From assembly GCA_033722155.1 (NCBI GenBank), contig JAWVZN010000003.1:24845-88844 (forward strand): DNA of 64,000 nt. The letters run 5' to 3'. Numbering within the stretch: position 1 is the stretch's first letter; every line of letters starts with the position of its first letter. A program made the position numbers and the translations under genes. The stretch is from Gemmatimonadota bacterium. Lineage in GTDB: Bacteria > Gemmatimonadota > Gemmatimonadetes > JACCXV01 > JAHWKZ01. Below, in pieces: positions 62,599-64,000 of the stretch. The notes under the pieces were generated by a model. It had not been told where the DNA came from and did no database searches. It was given only the letters and a program-made list of their open reading frames with translations.

Positions 62599-64000
62599 CT
62601 ACCGTCGCGCCGGGACGCGGGCGAGGGAGCGGGCGGCGTCGCGGATCGACGCCGGCGTGAGGCCGCACCGCTCCAGCTGCTCCTTGCGGGAGGCGTGGTC
62701 GATGATCTCGTCCGGGATGCCGAGCGACCGGATCTCCGGATGGAGCCCGCGCTCGGCCAGGCGTCGTCCCACGTTGGAGCCGAAGCCGCTCCATACCGCG
62801 CTCTCCTCCACCGTCAGGATCTTGTCGAACCGCTCCCCCAGCGCCTCCAGCAGGTCCTCGTCCATCGGCTTGAGATAGCGGCAGTTGACGACGTGGGCCT
62901 CCACCCCGTCCCCGGAGAGGCCCTCGGCCGCCTCGAGGGAGGGAGCGACCATCGTCCCGACCGCGAGAATGCAAAGGTCGGACCCCTCGCGGACCGTCTC
63001 CCACTTTCCGATCGGCAGGAACGTGAAGTCGGTGCGGTCGAGGTCCACGCCCTCCCCGATCGTGTCGCGGGGATACCGCAGCGCGAAGGGGTGCTCGCGC
63101 TGGATGATCGCCGTGTGCACCAGATCCTGCAGCTCGTGCTCGTCCTTCGGTGCCGCCAGGATCATGTTGGGGAGCACCGACAGATAGCCGACGTCGTAGG
63201 CCCCCATGTGGGTCGGCCCGTCGTTTCCCACCAGCCCGGCGCGGTCGAGCACGAAGACGACGGGGAGGTCCTGGATGCAAACGTCGTGGACCACCTGGTC
63301 GTAGGCGCGCTGCAGGAACGTCGAGTAGATGGCGCACACCGGGATCTTCCCCTGGCGCGCCAGCCCGGCGGCGAAGCACACCGCGTGCTGCTCGGCGATC
63401 CCCACGTCGAAGCCGCGGTCGGGGAACGCCTCGAGAAACGCCTGCACCCCCGCGCCCCCGGGCATCGCCGCGGTGATGGCGCACACGTCCGGCTCGCGGC
63501 GTCCCATCTCGACGAGGGTGTCGGAGAACACCTTGGTCCACTTCGGCGGCGAGGGAGGCCCCTCCACCTTCCCGCTCTCCAGGTTGATCGCCCCCACGCC
63601 GTGGTAGGCGACCTGGTCCGCCTCGGCGAACGGATACCCTTTCCCCTTCACCGTCAGGATGTGGAGCATCCGCGGGCCGCGCAGCCCCTTGATCTTCTCC
63701 AGGGTGTCGACCAGCTCGTCGACATCGTGGCCGTCGATCGGGCCGAAGTAGCGGAAGCCGAGCTCCTCGAACAGCATCCCCGGCGTCACCAGCCCCTTGA
63801 CGCTCTCCTCCAGCCGGTGGGCGAAGCCGCGCACCTCGTCGGCCACCTTCGGGATGTGGCCGGTCAGATCCCAGATCTCGTCCCGAAGGCGGTTGTAGAG
63901 CGGGTTGGTGGTGATCTTGGTGAGGTACTCGTGCATCGCCCCCAGGTTCGGCGCGATCGACATCTGGTTGTCGTTGAGGATCACCAGCAGGTCGCTCTCG
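62599..64000 (-). CDS. dxs: 1-deoxy-D-xylulose-5-phosphate synthase (N-terminus outside window)
   Basis: ILNDNQMSI, FDVGIAEQHAV and GNDGPTHMG motifs. The reading frame stays open to the window edge. Confidence 0.9.
   Translation of the reverse strand, partial: ESDLLVILNDNQMSIAPNLGAMHEYLTKITTNPLYNRLRDEIWDLTGHIPKVADEVRGFAHRLEESVKGLVTPGMLFEELGFRYFGPIDGHDVDELVDTLEKIKGLRGPRMLHILTVKGKGYPFAEADQVAYHGVGAINLESGKVEGPPSPPKWTKVFSDTLVEMGRREPDVCAITAAMPGGAGVQAFLEAFPDRGFDVGIAEQHAVCFAAGLARQGKIPVCAIYSTFLQRAYDQVVHDVCIQDLPVVFVLDRAGLVGNDGPTHMGAYDVGYLSVLPNMILAAPKDEHELQDLVHTAIIQREHPFALRYPRDTIGEGVDLDRTDFTFLPIGKWETVREGSDLCILAVGTMVAPSLEAAEGLSGDGVEAHVVNCRYLKPMDEDLLEALGERFDKILTVEESAVWSGFGSNVGRRLAERGLHPEIRSLGIPDEIIDHASRKEQLERCGLTPASIRDAARSLARVPARR

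Overview
Very GC-rich bacterial chromosomal window, about 70% GC by eye, with GC3-saturated codons. It is almost entirely coding and mostly on the minus strand. I support about 57 CDS, 3 tRNAs and a few regulatory sites. I saw no transposase, integrase, CRISPR array or rRNA. Phylum cannot be assigned from sequence alone.

Layout:
- (a) 0.2-4.2 kb: ptsN and B12-dependent methionine synthase metH. metH has a terminator-bearing leader.
- (b) 4.4-7.1 kb: four-gene minor-pilin operon.
- (c) 7.7-20.9 kb: one co-directional housekeeping gene train (VanZ-like, aspS, phoH, pgpH-like HD, ybeY, 2x CorC/CBS, mgtE, recO, selB, SPOR lipoprotein).
- (d) 21.0-21.2 kb: tRNA-Gly and tRNA-Cys.
- (e) 22.4-42.6 kb: complete Wzx/Wzy-type exopolysaccharide locus. 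It encodes Wzc, Wza, a priming phosphoglycosyltransferase, a GDP-mannose-3,5-epimerase-like enzyme, GT26, 3x GT4, a Wzy/O-antigen-ligase-like protein, a flippase-like protein, SDRs and two kinase-fold proteins. A secreted Big_2/beta-helix protein sits beside it.
- (f) 43.0-47.6 kb: metal cluster (ZIP, Tat-exported multicopper oxidase, two CDF exporters). A near-consensus promoter and a perfect AT-rich palindrome precede the oxidase.
- (g) 47.7-50.4 kb: tRNA-Leu and lon.
- (h) 50.5-59.5 kb: the most unusual block. A processive GT2 synthase and a TM-HEAT protein are chained by overlapping start/stop codons to a dense phosphorelay. The relay comprises a histidine kinase, 3 HPt modules, 6 or more receiver domains and a GGDEF cyclase.
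- (i) 59.5-64.0 kb: pgsA, recN, nadK and partial dxs.

Start codons were re-set from the ORF track using a recurrent GTGA/ATGA stop-start overlap seen at about 21 junctions. The many long Arg/Pro/Gly-rich ORFs in other frames are treated as high-GC artefacts.
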